Numbered from the stretch's first letter, positions 47,456-63,836 are shown. The stretch: 64,000 bases of DNA from the human T2T-CHM13v2.0 reference genome, Homo sapiens (GCF_009914755.1 NC_060931.1); one strand, 5' to 3'. The notes: generated by a model not told the origin, from the sequence alone. Numbers and translations: made by a program.

Positions 47456-48509
47456 TTAAAAAATAAGAAAATCTTTTTGGAGCAATTCACTGCCTCTAAC
47501 TTCAAAATTGTGTTTATCATTCAGTGTTCACACACAGATTGCCAGCATTTTTTTTTTTGCTGACAAAAATCTGATTCTGCAGAAACATGAAAATATTCAG
47601 AAAATTTCACTTGACACTATTAATGAGATGCAGCATCCTTTTGTGTTTTCGGTTATTTGTATTGCCTTTTTTCTTCTTATCTGATGTACCTTTAACATTC
47701 TATTTTTCTCTTCCTATTATTTTGTTTGAAGCATCCTATAATCTATTTTATATTGAAAAATCTTGCAGCATTCCTTTGTACTTGTGTATTAATTAAATTT
47801 GAGATCAAATAATTTGTGTAACTCATATTTGCTACATAGGATCAATAAATCTTGACATTCAACTTTTCTACTATTGCTGTACAAGGTTTCTTTCTGGTAG
47901 AGTTCAATGTCAGTTAGCTAGAGTCTATCTCTCATCCCCAAATTTAACAGTGAGGCACATATGCAAATAGCATTGCACCATAAACATAGTAATGGAGAAA
48001 AAATATTTTATAATAATTCTTTTTTATACTGAAAATATGTTTTCTCTTTTTCTGGTCGATGATTATTAATGGCATGGGGCCTAGTAATCTTTCGTAAATT
48101 TTATATGTAAAAAGGTCCACAAAATCATGTATATTCTTTTTTATTAGAGAGTGTCATTCAAATTAAAATGAAAAATATATACATCATGATTATATAAGGA
48201 ATTTAAATATAAAATGATTTTTACCTCTCACTTATTTGTTATTAAGCCCTTAAAGAACAGTTGGTTAAGTAATCAATTATGTGTGAGAATATGCAGCATC
48301 ATCATTTCACATATCTAATGTGAAAAGAGCATTGCTGGGTATCAAGGAAAGGAAAAAAAATAATGGTTTGAAAATGTTTATATTTGTCAAGTTGGTTCAG
48401 TTGAAAATTGTTTAAAAATTTAAGTTCTGAGATCTAATAAAAACTGTCTCTAATTGAGCAATAGGTCCACACATTGCAAACTATTATTAACAGGCCTCTT
48501 TGTTAGAAG

Positions 48510-48720
48510 CATACTATGTATCAAGTTCTATACTGCACAGTTCACTTACATCATCTCATTCATTACTCACAACAATAAAATAAACAATATATTCCAACGT
48601 TATATATCTTAAGAAACCAGGGTCCAGAGAGACTTAGTAACTTACTCAGATTATAAAATAGTAAGTGATATGCTATAGCTAGGATTCAATCCCCACTCTC
48701 TCATACTAGTGCTGTAGTTT
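48510..48720 (-). mobile_element. MIR
   Basis: catctcattcattactcacaacaa...gaaaccagggtccagagag...agtaacttactca. Confidence 0.65.
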
Positions 48721-49699
48721 TTTTTAATCCTATATGATACATATTCCACATTTCTAAAAGGCTCCAGCAGAAATGCATTATTTACTCTATGATTAAAAAA
48801 AGGCACTTTTCAATTTTTTAATTAATAAGGCAAATTTGATTATAAATTTTTAGATTTTTGAATTAAGGATGCTCAACTTGTATATAAATTTAATTCTGAA
48901 GCAAAAATTGAAATGCAATTTGTTTTTAAGCACAAATATTATTGAAAATTGGTTATATATTAACCCCAAAAGAAAATATCAAAGAATACAAAAATTGTTT
49001 CACTCAATACTGTAAAAAGTTTTATTAAACAATATATTTCACCATCAAAAAATTATTTCAGAATTTCTTGAAAAGAATGGCAGTTAAACACAGAAAAACA
49101 GAATAGTAAAACTAGAAAGGCACCAAATTGCCTATAAAATTTTACTATATAATAATGTACCACTTTAAATTATTGGGAGAAGTGGATGTTTTTAACATAT
49201 GTTATGAGATGTCGGCGCAGTTAGCATCTGAGATTCTGGATAAAGAGGCTGGACAGAGAGGTAAGGAAACTAACAGAAATGTTGACAATCTCACAGGGTT
49301 CTAAAAAAAATAAGTAAAAGTTCAGGGCTACTGAGGCAATTTGGGAAAGCTAAGACTTTTGAGTGAAATGAGATTCAGGAATTTGAGCCCGAAACACTTA
49401 ATAAACTGTACAAAGCAAGATATGGGAAGCTCATAGTGCTGAGAAAGCACAAAGAGTTGAGGCTCAGTACTGAACGAGTAGTTCCAGTAAGACTTTGGGA
49501 GGGCTACATCTTAGGAGCAGGCATGAACTAGAGTTAGACCAAGTCTCCCTGAAAGCGCAAACCAGATTTGTAACAGTAATTCCCATCTGCCCAGCAGGGA
49601 ATAAAATAAACTTTCACGTTAGGGTAAGAGTATCATCCAAAGCTTAAAGATATATTATACAAGATACTCTGTATTCAATATAATATTAAGTTAAATTAA

Positions 49700-51790
49700 T
49701 GTATACTTAAGTATAATGATCATGGAGAAGACTCAATATGATAAAGATATTTATCTATACATCTGATGCAACTGCATTAAAAATTCCAGCACTTTATATT
49801 TGATAGAAACAATCTTTTTCTAACATTTATTTTAAAAGAGTTAGGAAGTAGGGCAAAAAAAAAGTCAATAAAAAGTTTTACAGGAATAAATGCCCTGAAT
49901 AATTAATTCAACCACATATTAATACTATAACTTTATTGCAAAGATAGAAAATAGAATAATGTAAGAAATATCGAGAAACACAACCATACATACATGGTCC
50001 CCGTTTTTGTAATAAACGTGACATGCTGGTCATTTGGGAAAGGATCATCTTCCCCTAGTGGATCCCGTGCCTGCCAGGCCCGCACCCCTGTACCTGCACT
50101 CCTCGGCCTTTGGGCGGTCAATGGGACTGGGCGCCCTGGAGCAGGGGGCGGTTCCCATCAGGGAGGCTCCGGCGCCTGGGAGCCCACAGGGGCGGGTGGG
50201 GGAGGGGGGCAGTGGCTTGGGCCACGTGGGCTGTAGGTCTGAGCCCTGCCCCGCGGGCAGGCGGCTGACACCTGGCGAGAATTCGAGCTCGGGGCAGGCT
50301 GGCAGTGCTGGGAGGACCTGGCACACCCTCCGCAGCTGCTGGCCTGGGTGCTAAGCCCCTCACTGCCTGGGGCCGACGGCGCCGGCTGGCCCCTCCGAGT
50401 GCGGGCCCACCCAGACTGCACCCACCGGCAGCTCACGCTGGCCCGCGAGCAGCCTCGGTTCCCACCTGCCTGCGCCTCTCCCTCCACACCTCCCTGCAAG
50501 CAGAAGGAGCCGGCTCCGGCCTCGGCCAGCCCAGAGAGTGGTTCCCACAGTGCAGCAGCGGGCTGAAAGGCTCCTCAAGAGTGGCCAGAGAGGGTGCGAA
50601 GGCCCAGGAGGTGCCAAGAGCGAGCGAGGGCTGCCAGCACGCTGTCACCTCTCAGTACCAGGTCAATCAAATATCCATATGAAAAAGTAAATATAAAGTT
50701 TAATTTACATAAAAATAATTCTGAATATAACATAAAAATTCTAGCAATATGTCTTTATGATAAAAATATCAGGGAATATTTCATATACCTTGGATAGGCA
50801 AATATATCTTAATTTAGTAAATAAAGTTCATAAATAAATGCTTAGCCTTAAAATAAATTTTGATAGATAAGACTATATTAAAATAAAGTTCTGCTTATTA
50901 AAAGATCTCTTGGAAGTGAGAAGATACAAAATGGAAGAAATAATGGACAATACACATATTTGACAAAGACTAGTAATCATAACATAAACTACAAATAAAA
51001 ATTATTGAGCCAAGCCTAACAAAACTGCAAAAAAACTTGAACATGCTCTTACAAATGAGTTCATGTATAAAGCCAATAAACATATCAATAGCTGCTCTAC
51101 TTCATTAGTCTTCAGGGATATAATAATTAAAAATTTAATAAAGTACCACCATGCAAAATCAAAATGGTTAAATTTTAAAGTGAAAATAATACCAAGTATT
51201 GGCAAGAATGTGGAGCAACAATTTTCTATATAGTAGAAATATACATTAGTGCATTCATTTTGGAAAATTGTTAAATTGTTTGGCAGTGTCTACTAGAGCT
51301 GAACAAATACATATCTTATGTTTAACAATTTCATTCTCAGACAGAAACTCAGCTAAATGTATGTCTTTATTCACCAAAATCAATTCATGCTTATTGTTCC
51401 ACTAGTAATATAGGAAAATTAGAAATAAGCCAAAAGTGTATTAACAACAGAATAGATAATTACATTTTAGTATACTTACACAATGGAATACTATACCATG
51501 GTTGGTGTAATGATAAGTGAATATTACTGCATATAACCAAATGAATAAATGTCACAAACATAATTTGAAAAAACAGAACAGAGTATACACTGTATGTTTT
51601 TATTTATTTAAGGTTGAAAGCCAAGCATAACTGGAAGTGGCAGTAATAGTTACTTTTGGGGAGACATGATGATACTTTCTAAGATACTGGCAATATGCTA
51701 TTTTTTTAATTTTGAGGCTGGAAAGTGAAAGTGTTCATTTTGTAAAAATTATTTTGTTTGTAATATGTTCACTTTTTTATATGTCTGCTA
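49700..51790 (+). mobile_element. Old L1ME-like ORF2 end and 3'UTR, interrupted by LTR12
   Basis: Decayed ORF2 and 3'UTR motifs continue across the LTR12 insertion. Confidence 0.65.
50052..50654 (-). mobile_element. LTR12-family (ERV9) LTR, only the GC-rich 5' ~600 bp
   Basis: Reverse complement starts tgagaggtgacagcgtgctggcagccctcgctcgctc and ends at ggatccactagggg. CpG-rich. Confidence 0.92.
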
Positions 51791-51986
51791 CCCTTGAACA
51801 ATTTTTAAAAGGTGACTTGATTCACAGTCTGCATTAATAATTTTAAATCTCTTAATGAAAACCATATTATGTTTACAACTATAATACATTATTAGTAGTA
51901 CTAAGTACTCCTCAGCTCAAAAGTTGGAAAACCCCACATTTCCTTCCTCCCTAGGAAGAAAATAAATAAAATGATTCATAAAATAC

Positions 51987-52068
51987 CTTTCATTAAGTTT
52001 GAAATACACAGAATGCTGACAGCTACCTACCACTCATTTAATGGCAGTGTTTGCTTTAGGCAAAAGAT
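51987..52068 (-). pseudogene. DHC-like pseudo-exon (AAA1 sensor I region)
   Basis: Acceptor tatttcttttag, donor aag|gtattt. Reads IFCLKQTLPLNEW*VAVSILCISNLMK versus canonical F.FEG..I.LNP.CAIFITMNPG. Ends in phase 1, compatible with the 46385 exon. Confidence 0.55.
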
Positions 52069-53689
52069 CTAAAAGAAATATGGCTTTTGAGTGCTAAGTT
52101 AACATGTAAAATCACATATACATATTGTAAATTGTGCTACAAGAATGAAATAATAATATATCTAAATCACCTGTTAAAAGTCTCACTTTTGAGGCATTAA
52201 ATTAGATTATCATTGTGAAAGACCCCTGTGATTTCAAATGTTGTAATTGTAACACCCATGTTATCTTTGCTATCTACTAGTTTTGCAAGAAGATACCTGG
52301 ATCGCTCTACCTATAGTGTTTATTTATTTCATCTCATGGAAGGTTTGAGTTTTAATAATATCTCCTTTTAGTGCTATCAAATACTGTACAACCTACTGAT
52401 ATTTTCTGCTTTAGTTTTAGTGATATCCTTACTCTGAGTAAACTTCACCTATGTCTGTTTCTATTAACTGTATGCCTGTAAAGAGTGACTTGGAGGTACC
52501 TGGCCCAGCTTCACAATCTTTATTGATAAAAATTTCATTTTGACAGCTATATATTTTCACCAAATAAGGCTATGCTAAAACAAAGCCTTCAAGGGAAATA
52601 GATTTGTATAGGAAAAATATAGCAAGAGGTTGAAAAAGTTAAAAGGATGAAATAAATAGGGATGACACTTGGTCAGTATCTAAAATGGGAACATCAAATG
52701 TAATATCAGTTACATAGGAATATATTTATTCAAAATTGAATATTAAAATAAAATGGCTCCAAGCAAAAATAGTGTTGGTTAAAGGCAATGATTATGAAAA
52801 TCAAGGATTTGCTTTCCCATTTAGGAAGGAGAGGGAGAATTAAAGAGGGAAGAAAAGAAGAAAGGTAAAGAGATTCTTTAAATCAGCGTTATGAATGCAT
52901 GAAACACCCCGGGCAGTCGATGTGTGAAACAGAGCAGAATCAAAACAGCAATTCCTTGAGAAATGATCTACATTGTGGAATACCCAACGGGTTTCTGAAT
53001 GACCTATGGATAGCACATAAGCAGGACAGATCAGAATAGTACAACAAGGACTTTGAAAACATAATTGACATTTTATCCACAATCCCACAAATTAGGCCAG
53101 GACAAGTGTTCTGAACTGAAACAGGTTAAATGCCTGCTGAAATAGAAGAATTTGATTAGGAAACAGTCTCATGACAGTACTCAAAATGTCCAAGATACAA
53201 TCCAAAGTTGGTCTGGGTAAGAATAAGAAAAATCTCAAATAGAATAAGAAAAAGGAATGAAAGATGACTGAAATGTTGGAAATACAAGCAGCTATTATAA
53301 AATATTCCAACAAGCAATGGCAATCATCCTTGAAACAAGTGATAAATAAAAATGTTCAGAAAAAAAGTATATAATGAAGAACAAACTGGGAATTCAGAAA
53401 TAAAACTATATGATAACCAAATTACAGAACTCTGTGAATGGACACAATAGCAAAATGGAGATGACAGAGAAGCAAATCAGTGGATGTGAAGACATATTCA
53501 TAAGAAGTTTCCAAGCTAAACAACAGACAAAATTATCTGATTTGGTTCAAATGTATGTATAGAAAATACACATAAGAAAATCATAACAGAAAGGGAGAGA
53601 ATAGTTATGGTAAGGTGCTTACATTCTATTCAAAGTGGTGAAGTATTGATAGTATTAGACTGTGATAAGTAAAATATATATTCCCCACG

Positions 53690-53909
53690 AAAGAATTTCT
53701 CAATTTAGTATGGATGACATTTTCTGCCAGATAACTGTTGTGTAGAACTGTTCTGCACATTGTAAGGCTTCTGACAATATGCCTGGCCTCTAACAACCAG
53801 ATAGATGTCATTAGCAACCCACTTCCCAGTTACAAATGAAAAACATCTCCAAATATTATCAAATGTTTCTTAAAGGAATGGGGGGATTTTCCTTGGTTGA
53901 GAACCTCTG
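53690..53909 (+). mobile_element. MER20 (hAT-Charlie)
   Basis: tttctcaa...tgcacattgtaagg...cctggcctcta...tggttgagaacctctg. Confidence 0.8.
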
Positions 53910-53940
53910 TCCTAGAGTAACTATTAAAAAATTTATACAA

Positions 53941-56685
53941 AAGTTCTTTAGTTTAATTAAATCCTATTTGTCTCTGTTTTTATTGCATTTGCTTTTGGAT
54001 TCTTGGTTATGAAGTCTTTTCATGAGCCAATGTCTAGAAGGGTTTTTGCGATGTTATCTTCTAGAATTTTTATAGATTCAGGTCTTAGATTTAAGTCCTT
54101 GATCCATCTGTAGTTGACTTTTGTATAAGGTGAGAGATGAAGACCCAGTTTCATTCTCCTACATGTAGCTTGCCAATCATCCCAGCACCATTTGTTGAAC
54201 AGGTTGTCCTTTCCCCACTTTATGTTTTTGTTTGCTTTGTTGAAGATCAGTAGGCTGTAAGTATTTGGGTTTGTTTCTGGGTTCTCTATTCTGTTTCATT
54301 GGTCTATGTGGCTAATTTTATATCAGTACTATGCTGTTTTGGTGACTATGGTCTTATAGTATAGTTTGAAATCAGGTAATGTGATGACTCCAGATTTGTT
54401 CTTTTTGCTTAGTCTTGCTTTGTCTATGCGAGCTCTTTTTTGGCTCCATATGAATTTTAGAATTGTTTTTTCTAGTTATGTGACAAATGTTGGTGGTATT
54501 TTGATGGGAATTGCATATAATTTATAAATTTCTTTTCACAGTATGATCATTTTCACAACATTGATTCTACCCATCCCTGAGTATGGGATGTGTTTCCATT
54601 TATTTGTGTTATCTATAATTTCTTTCAGCAGCGTTTTGTAGGTTTCCTTCTAGAGGTCTTTCACCTCCTTGGTTAGGTATATTCCTATGTATTTTATTTT
54701 TTTGCAGCTATTGTAAAAAGGGGTTGAGTTATTGATTTGATTCTCAACAGCCGAAGTGGTCGCTGTTAGTCTACAGCAGCACTACTGATTTGTGTACATG
54801 AATTTTGTATCCTAAAAATGTTGCTGGATTCATTTATCAGCTAGGAGCTTTTTGGGGGAGTCTTTACGGTTTTCTAGGTATACAGTCATATCAACAGCAA
54901 ACAGTGAAAGTTTGACTCCCCCTTTACTGATTTGGATATCCTTTATTTCTTTCTCTTTTCTGATTGCTCTAGCTAGGACTTCCAGTATCATGTTGAATAG
55001 ACGTGGGAAAATTGGGTGTCCTTGTCTTGTTCCAGTTCTCAGAGGGAATGCTTTCAACTTTTCCCTGTTCAGTATTATGTTGGCTGTATCATAGATGTAT
55101 TATAGATGGCTTTCATCACATTGAGGTATGTCCCTTATATGTCGATTTTGCTGAGGATTTTAATCATAAATGAACGCTGGATATTGTCAAATGATTTTTA
55201 TGCAACTATTAAGATGATCATGTGATTTTTGTTTTTAATTCTGTTTATGTGGTGTATCACATTTATTGACTTGTGTATGTTAAACCATTCCTGCATCTCT
55301 GGTATGAACCCCACTTGATTATGGTGGATTATCTTTTTGATGTGCTATTGGATTTAGATAGCTAGTATTTTGTTAAGATTTTTGTATCTGTGTTCATCAG
55401 GGATATTGGTCTGTAGTTTTCTTTTTTCATTATATCCTTTCTTGGTTTGGGTATTAAGGTGATACTGGCTTCATAGAATGATTTAGGGAGAATTTCCTAT
55501 TTCTCTATCTTGTGAAATAGTGTCACTTAAAACTTTTGCCCAGAAAAAGAAACAGTCAGCAGATTAAACACAACAACCACAGAGTGGGAGAAAATCTTCA
55601 CAATCTATACATCCACCAAAAGACTAATATTCAGAATCTACAACAAACTCAAACAAATTAGCAAGAAAAAAAAATCCCATCCAAAAGTAGACTAAGGACA
55701 TGCTTAGACAATTCTCAAAACAAGATATACAAATAGCCAACAAATACATGGAAAAATTCTCAACATCACTAATGATCAGCAAAATGCAAATCAAAACCAT
55801 CATGTGATACCACCTTACTCCTGCAAGAATGGCCATAATTAAAAAATAAAAAAAGAAATGTTGGCATGGATGTGGTGAAAAGGGAACACTTTTACACTGC
55901 TGGTGGGAATGTAAACTAGTACAGCCACTACAGAAAACAGTATGGAGATTCTTTAAGGAACTAAAAGTAGAACTACCATTCTATCGAGCAATTTCACTAC
56001 TGGGTTTCTACCCAAAGGAAAATAACTCATTACACAAAAAACATACTTGCACACAGGTTTATAGCAGCAGAATTCACATTTGCAAAAATATGGAACCAGC
56101 CCAAATGCCCATCAATCAAGTGGATAAAGAAACTGTGAGATAGATATATATATATATATATATTCAAATGTGATATATGTAATCAAATGTGATATATATA
56201 ATCAAATGTGATATATGTAATCAAATGTGATATATATATAATCAAATGTGATATATATACATATATACATATATATGTATATATATACACACACACACAC
56301 ACATACATATCTCACAGTTTCTCAGCCAAAAAAGGAATGAAGTAATAGCATTCACAGCAACCTGAATGGGATTGGAGATTGTTCTTCTAATGAAGCACCC
56401 CAGGAATGGAAAACCAAACATCATTATGTTCTCACTCATATGTGGGAGCTAAGCGATGAGGATGTAAAGGCATAGAATGATACAATGGACTTGGGGGACT
56501 CCAGAGAAAGGGCAGGAAGTGGGTGAGGGATGAAATGCTACACAATGGGTTCATTGTATACTGCTTGGGTAATGGGTGCACCAAAATCTCACAAATTACC
56601 ACTAAAAAACTTACTCATGTAACCAAATACCAACTGTTCCCCCCAAAAATATGGAAATTAAAAAAATAAAAAATGAAAAATAATT
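53941..56685 (+). mobile_element. L1PB-type element with 5' inversion (inverted 53941-55526, sense 55527-56685)
   Basis: Antisense ORF2 segment abuts the sense segment, and both break at the same aactaaa-agctt site. L1PB 3'UTR and A-tail. Confidence 0.9.
56164..56260. repeat. AT-rich minisatellite, 5 x 19-21 bp (tcaaatgtgatatat[g/a]taa)
   Basis: Seen directly inside the L1PB (TA)n tract. Confidence 0.9.
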
Positions 56686-56799
56686 CAAAAAGGCCTTACA
56701 TGTAAGACTTCAGGGAGTTTGGGTCTTCAGGATGAACTGCACAATTCTCCTTGCTTGGTGCCCTGCAATAAATGCCTCACTTTCTCTCCCTGAAAAAAA

Positions 56800-60240
<3,441 letters not shown>

Positions 60241-60289
60241 TAGATCATATCTATCTATATATAATTTTCTACAGATAGATATATCTATT

Positions 60290-62115
60290 TTTTTAATAAT
60301 AGACATCCTAATAGTTGTGAAGATATATTTCATTGTAGTTTTGATTTGCATTTTTCTAATGATTACTGACATTAAACATCTTTTCAAATATTTTTGGGAC
60401 ATCTATGTATTTTTTTAAATGTCAATTAAAATCACTTGCCCATTTCAAAATCAGGTCCTTTTTTTTTCTGTTGAGTTGTAGGAGTTCCTTGCATATTTTG
60501 GATATTAACCCCTTATCAGATATATGGCTTGTAAATATTTGTCTCCATTTCAACCAGGTTACAGTTTGCCTTCTCACTATTAATAGTCTCTTTCTTTGTT
60601 TCTCCTTTTTTTTTTTTTTTTTTTTTGGAGTCTTGCTCCGTCACCTAGGCTGTAGCGCAGTGGCACAATCTCGGCTCATGGCAACTTCCACCTCCTGGGT
60701 TTAAGTGATTCTCCTGCCCCAGCCTCCTGAGTAGCTTGAATTACAGGCACCCACCACCAAACCGGGATAATTTTTGTATTTTTAGTAGAGACGGGGTTTC
60801 ATCATGTTGGCCAGGCTGGTCTTGAACTCCTGACCTCAAGTGATCCACCCATCTTGACCTCCCAAAGTGCTGGCATTACAGGCGTGAGCCACTGTGCCCA
60901 GCCTAATAGTTTACTATGCTGTGCAGAAGCTTTTCAGTTTTATGTAGTCCCATTTGCCTAATTTTTACTTTTGTTTCTTGCGCTGTTGGTATTATATTCA
61001 AGAAATCACTGCCAACACCAATGTCATGAAGATTTTTCTGTGTTTTCTTTTAAGATATTTACAATTTCAGGTTTTAAGTTTAAGTATTTAACCCATTTTG
61101 AGTTGATTTTTGTGTATGGTGTAAGATAAAAGAACAATATTATTATTTTGCATGTGAATATTCATTTTCTCAACATTTTTTGAAGAGACTATTTTTCCCT
61201 ATTGTGTATTTTTGGCAGGCACCTTGGTGGAAGATAAATATCTGTATATCTGTGGGGTTATTACTAGGGTCTCTATTCTCTTCCATTATAATATGTCTGT
61301 TTTTATACCAATACGGTACTGTTTAATTACTATAATTAGTATAACTTTGTAATATATTTTGAAATCAGGTAGTATGATGCCTCCAACTTTGTACTTTTTT
61401 CTCAAGATTGCTTTTGCAATTTGGGATATTTTGTGGTTCTATATGAATATTAATTCTGATACCAAAGCCAAACAAAGACACTATAAGAAAAGAAAACTAC
61501 AGAACAATGTCCCTGATTAACAGATGCACAAATCTTCAATAAAATACTCAAAAAACTAGGTATAGAAGGAATTCACCTTGACATAATAAAGGCCACATCT
61601 GAAAAACTCATAGCTAAGATTGTATTCAATGGTAAACATTGAAAGCTTTTCCCCCTAGATCAGAAACAAGACCAGGGTGCTCATTCTTACCACTTGTATT
61701 CAACATAGTACTAGAAGTCCTATCCAGAGCAATTAGGTCAGAAAAAGAAAGGACACCCAAATATAAAATAAAGAAGTAAAATTACCTCTGTTCACAGAGA
61801 ACATAATCTTATGTATACAAAATCCAAAAGGGAAAACAACTTTTAGAACTAATTAACAAGTATAATGAAGTTGCAAGATACAAAGCTAACATATGAAAAT
61901 TATCTGTGTTTTATATGCAACAGCAAATGGAATAAGAATTAAGAAAATTCCATTTATAATGGAATCAAAAAGAATAAAATGCTCAGGAATAAATTTAATC
62001 AAGGAGGTGAAAGATCTATATACTAAAACCTACAAGGCAATCTAGAGATTCAATATAATCCCTATCAAAATGCCAACAGCATTTTTCACAGGAATGGGAA
62101 AAAATCTTAAAAATC
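60290..62115 (-). mobile_element. L1MA/MB element on the minus strand with 5' inversion (61453-62115 reads plus); 3' end missing
   Basis: The plus segment ends at aaaatcttaaaaatca, where the minus segment (attcatatagaaccacaaa) begins in L1 coordinates. Confidence 0.75.
60606..60904 (-). mobile_element. AluSx-like
   Basis: Reverse full Alu with poly(T). Confidence 0.94.
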
Positions 62116-62219
62116 AAAGTTTATAGAGATGTTTTCTGATTACTTTTTTTTCTCAATAAACTAGAAACAACTCAATAGCTAAGTCAAGGATTGGGGAGGA
62201 GTGTCTGAATAGAAAAGAA

Positions 62220-62410
62220 AGGATATATATATATCTCCTTTATTTAATGTATCTAATATATATTAATATATTTAATATATATTATGTATTATATTTAATA
62301 TATATTTATTATATTTAACATATTAATATATTTAATATATATTGTTTATTATATTTAATATATATTGAATATATATGGTGAGGCTATATATATGAATATA
62401 TATATATGAG
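62220..62410. repeat. AT-rich low-complexity, quasi-palindromic tract
   Basis: Repeats of atatttaatatat and tattaata. Confidence 0.85.
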
Positions 62411-62429
62411 AATACCTTGTATGACTGAA

Positions 62430-62650
62430 AGAGAACAATGTATTCCCACTTGAAACTTGTGATCATCAATTTTAAGTAAGATAAATCTCCTTAGTTGTGT
62501 TTTCACTTGGTCACATTCAGTAGTGAGGTTTTACCCTGGCTAAGGTTTCGCAAAAGTAGCAAACATAGGGGGAGGGGGTGGGCAAGGTAGCCGAGCATAT
62601 TTTCCAGAGAGTGAATATAATGATGGATGCTGAAGTCTAAGCTGGATAAG
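62430..62650 (-). mobile_element. L2 ORF2 fragment
   Basis: Reverse strand cttatccagcttagac...ccatcattatattcactctc...ccttgccc resembles the L2 consensus. Confidence 0.65.
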
Positions 62651-62722
62651 AAAAAAAAAAAAATAGGACTTTTGGACAACTTTTCTATAATAAACAAGCT
62701 TTTTTACACTGTTTGCACTTAA

Positions 62723-62790
62723 CTTATCTGTGATACTGTTTAGTATATTCTCTGTGAGTCATTGTAGAAGCACAGTAGGATGGATCTTGC
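62723..62790 (-). pseudogene. Candidate DHC-like pseudo-exon (AAA1 Walker B region, degenerate)
   Basis: Acceptor ggattttatag. Reads GKIHPTVLLQ*LTENILNSITDK versus canonical GAWGCFDEFNRI..EVLSVVAQQ, with TGA at the conserved Arg. The donor appears mutated (aag|ttaagt). Confidence 0.45.
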
Positions 62791-62998
62791 CTATAAAATC
62801 CACATTGTATTTCTTATGTTTATACATGTCACTGTGCCTCTGAAGTCAGGTAAATATTAAATACAAATAGAAATTGGTGGACAAACTTATTAAATTCCAT
62901 ATTGTATAATAATCAAAGTTAAAATATTTTCTATTAAAATCACATATTCAGATTCTCTTTGAAGAAGATTAAATATTTTGTTATAGATGTAAACTTAC

Positions 62999-63097
62999 AG
63001 TCTTATAAATAGTGCTTTTCCCTTTCCCTGCCTCTATGGTAAGTGACATTTTCTAATGGTACAGGAATAAAATTGTACTTTAATATCAATGTATTTC
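62999..63097 (-). pseudogene. Candidate DHC-like pseudo-exon (AAA1, after Walker A)
   Basis: 99 nt between cattttacag-like acceptor (ttcatttacag) and donor act|gtaagt. Reads KYIDIKVQFYSCT...GKGKALFIRL, weakly like KALG..CVVFNCS...MGKIFKGL. Reading frame is ambiguous. Confidence 0.5.
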
Positions 63098-63247
63098 CTG
63101 TAAATGAATAAATTAATTATTAAAACAAAGGGAATGTTAAAATATATTTTTTAATAATTTCAATATATAGGCACTTTTTCTCTTAGTGGAGTATGTCCTT
63201 AACCCACTGTGCCTAAGTGATTATAACTTTTTATTTCAAACACTTAC

Positions 63248-63836
63248 AGTAATCATTTTAACCTTATTAACCAATTGGCAGGAACTCATCATGCCTACTG
63301 TGTGGCACCACACCCATATACAGGGAAAGAACTTACAGCAAATAAGTAAATAAGTAACAGTTGTTTATTACTAGGTTCAGTGAAACATATGTGGCACAAT
63401 ATTAATCCCTAGTATAGTAGAAAATAATCAAATCATGTACATTAATTTTATCTTTTTTAATGTTAGCTCCATAGGGCTGAAGATATTTCAGTTTTCCTTA
63501 TTTACAAAGTGAAGCATTAGTGTAAAAATCAACTCTGCAGTTCTTTTGTGTGTTGTCTCTGTGTCATATCTTTACTTTCCATTGCATAAATGCTGCCTCA
63601 GAATTTGCGACATGGTCATAAAGAGTCTAAACACAGGCATCAAATTTATGCTTGCACAGCACGCATGCTTGCAAATTCCACATATCAGCTGTTGAAGTTT
63701 GGAAATGATGTGGTAATTGCTACCTCACCAGAGACCAAAGAGGAATTCTTATCTGAGAAGTACAGTAAATCACATTTTGATATAAGTAGTTCTTAATACA
63801 GTCAGATATCTAATTACTGCCTGCCTGTCTGTCTAC
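63248..63836 (-). pseudogene. DHC-like pseudo-exon: linker end and AAA1 N-terminus
   Basis: Acceptor ttttctctgtag, donor act|gtaagt. One frame reads ...LWSLVR*QL...NLQACVLCKHKFDACV*TLYDHVANSEAAFMQWKVKI*H...NCRVDFYTNA...YTRD*YC...LVINNCYLFTYLL*VLSLYMGVVP. Canonical DHC: LVRG.L...LEALITIDVHARDVV..L....V.S..DFEW.SQLRY...C.V...NA..YGYEY...LVITPLTDRCY.TL.QAL.L..GG.P. Stops sit at conserved R (TGA), E (TAA) and Q (TAA) positions. Confidence 0.78.

Noticed and set aside
47460-48028. Minus-strand stretch with loose dynein-like residues (AM...VP...EI; AIVEKL)
   Set aside because: The same motifs match much better at 46036-46385, which is phase-compatible with the 52068 exon.
49933-50797. Cluster of overlapping GC-rich ORFs resembling a CpG-island first exon
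   Set aside because: Explained by the LTR12 fragment; stops are simply rare at high GC.
62503-62697. 64-aa ORF initially read as dynein sensor I region
   Set aside because: The nucleotide sequence matches an L2 fragment, and a better candidate exon lies at 51987-52068.
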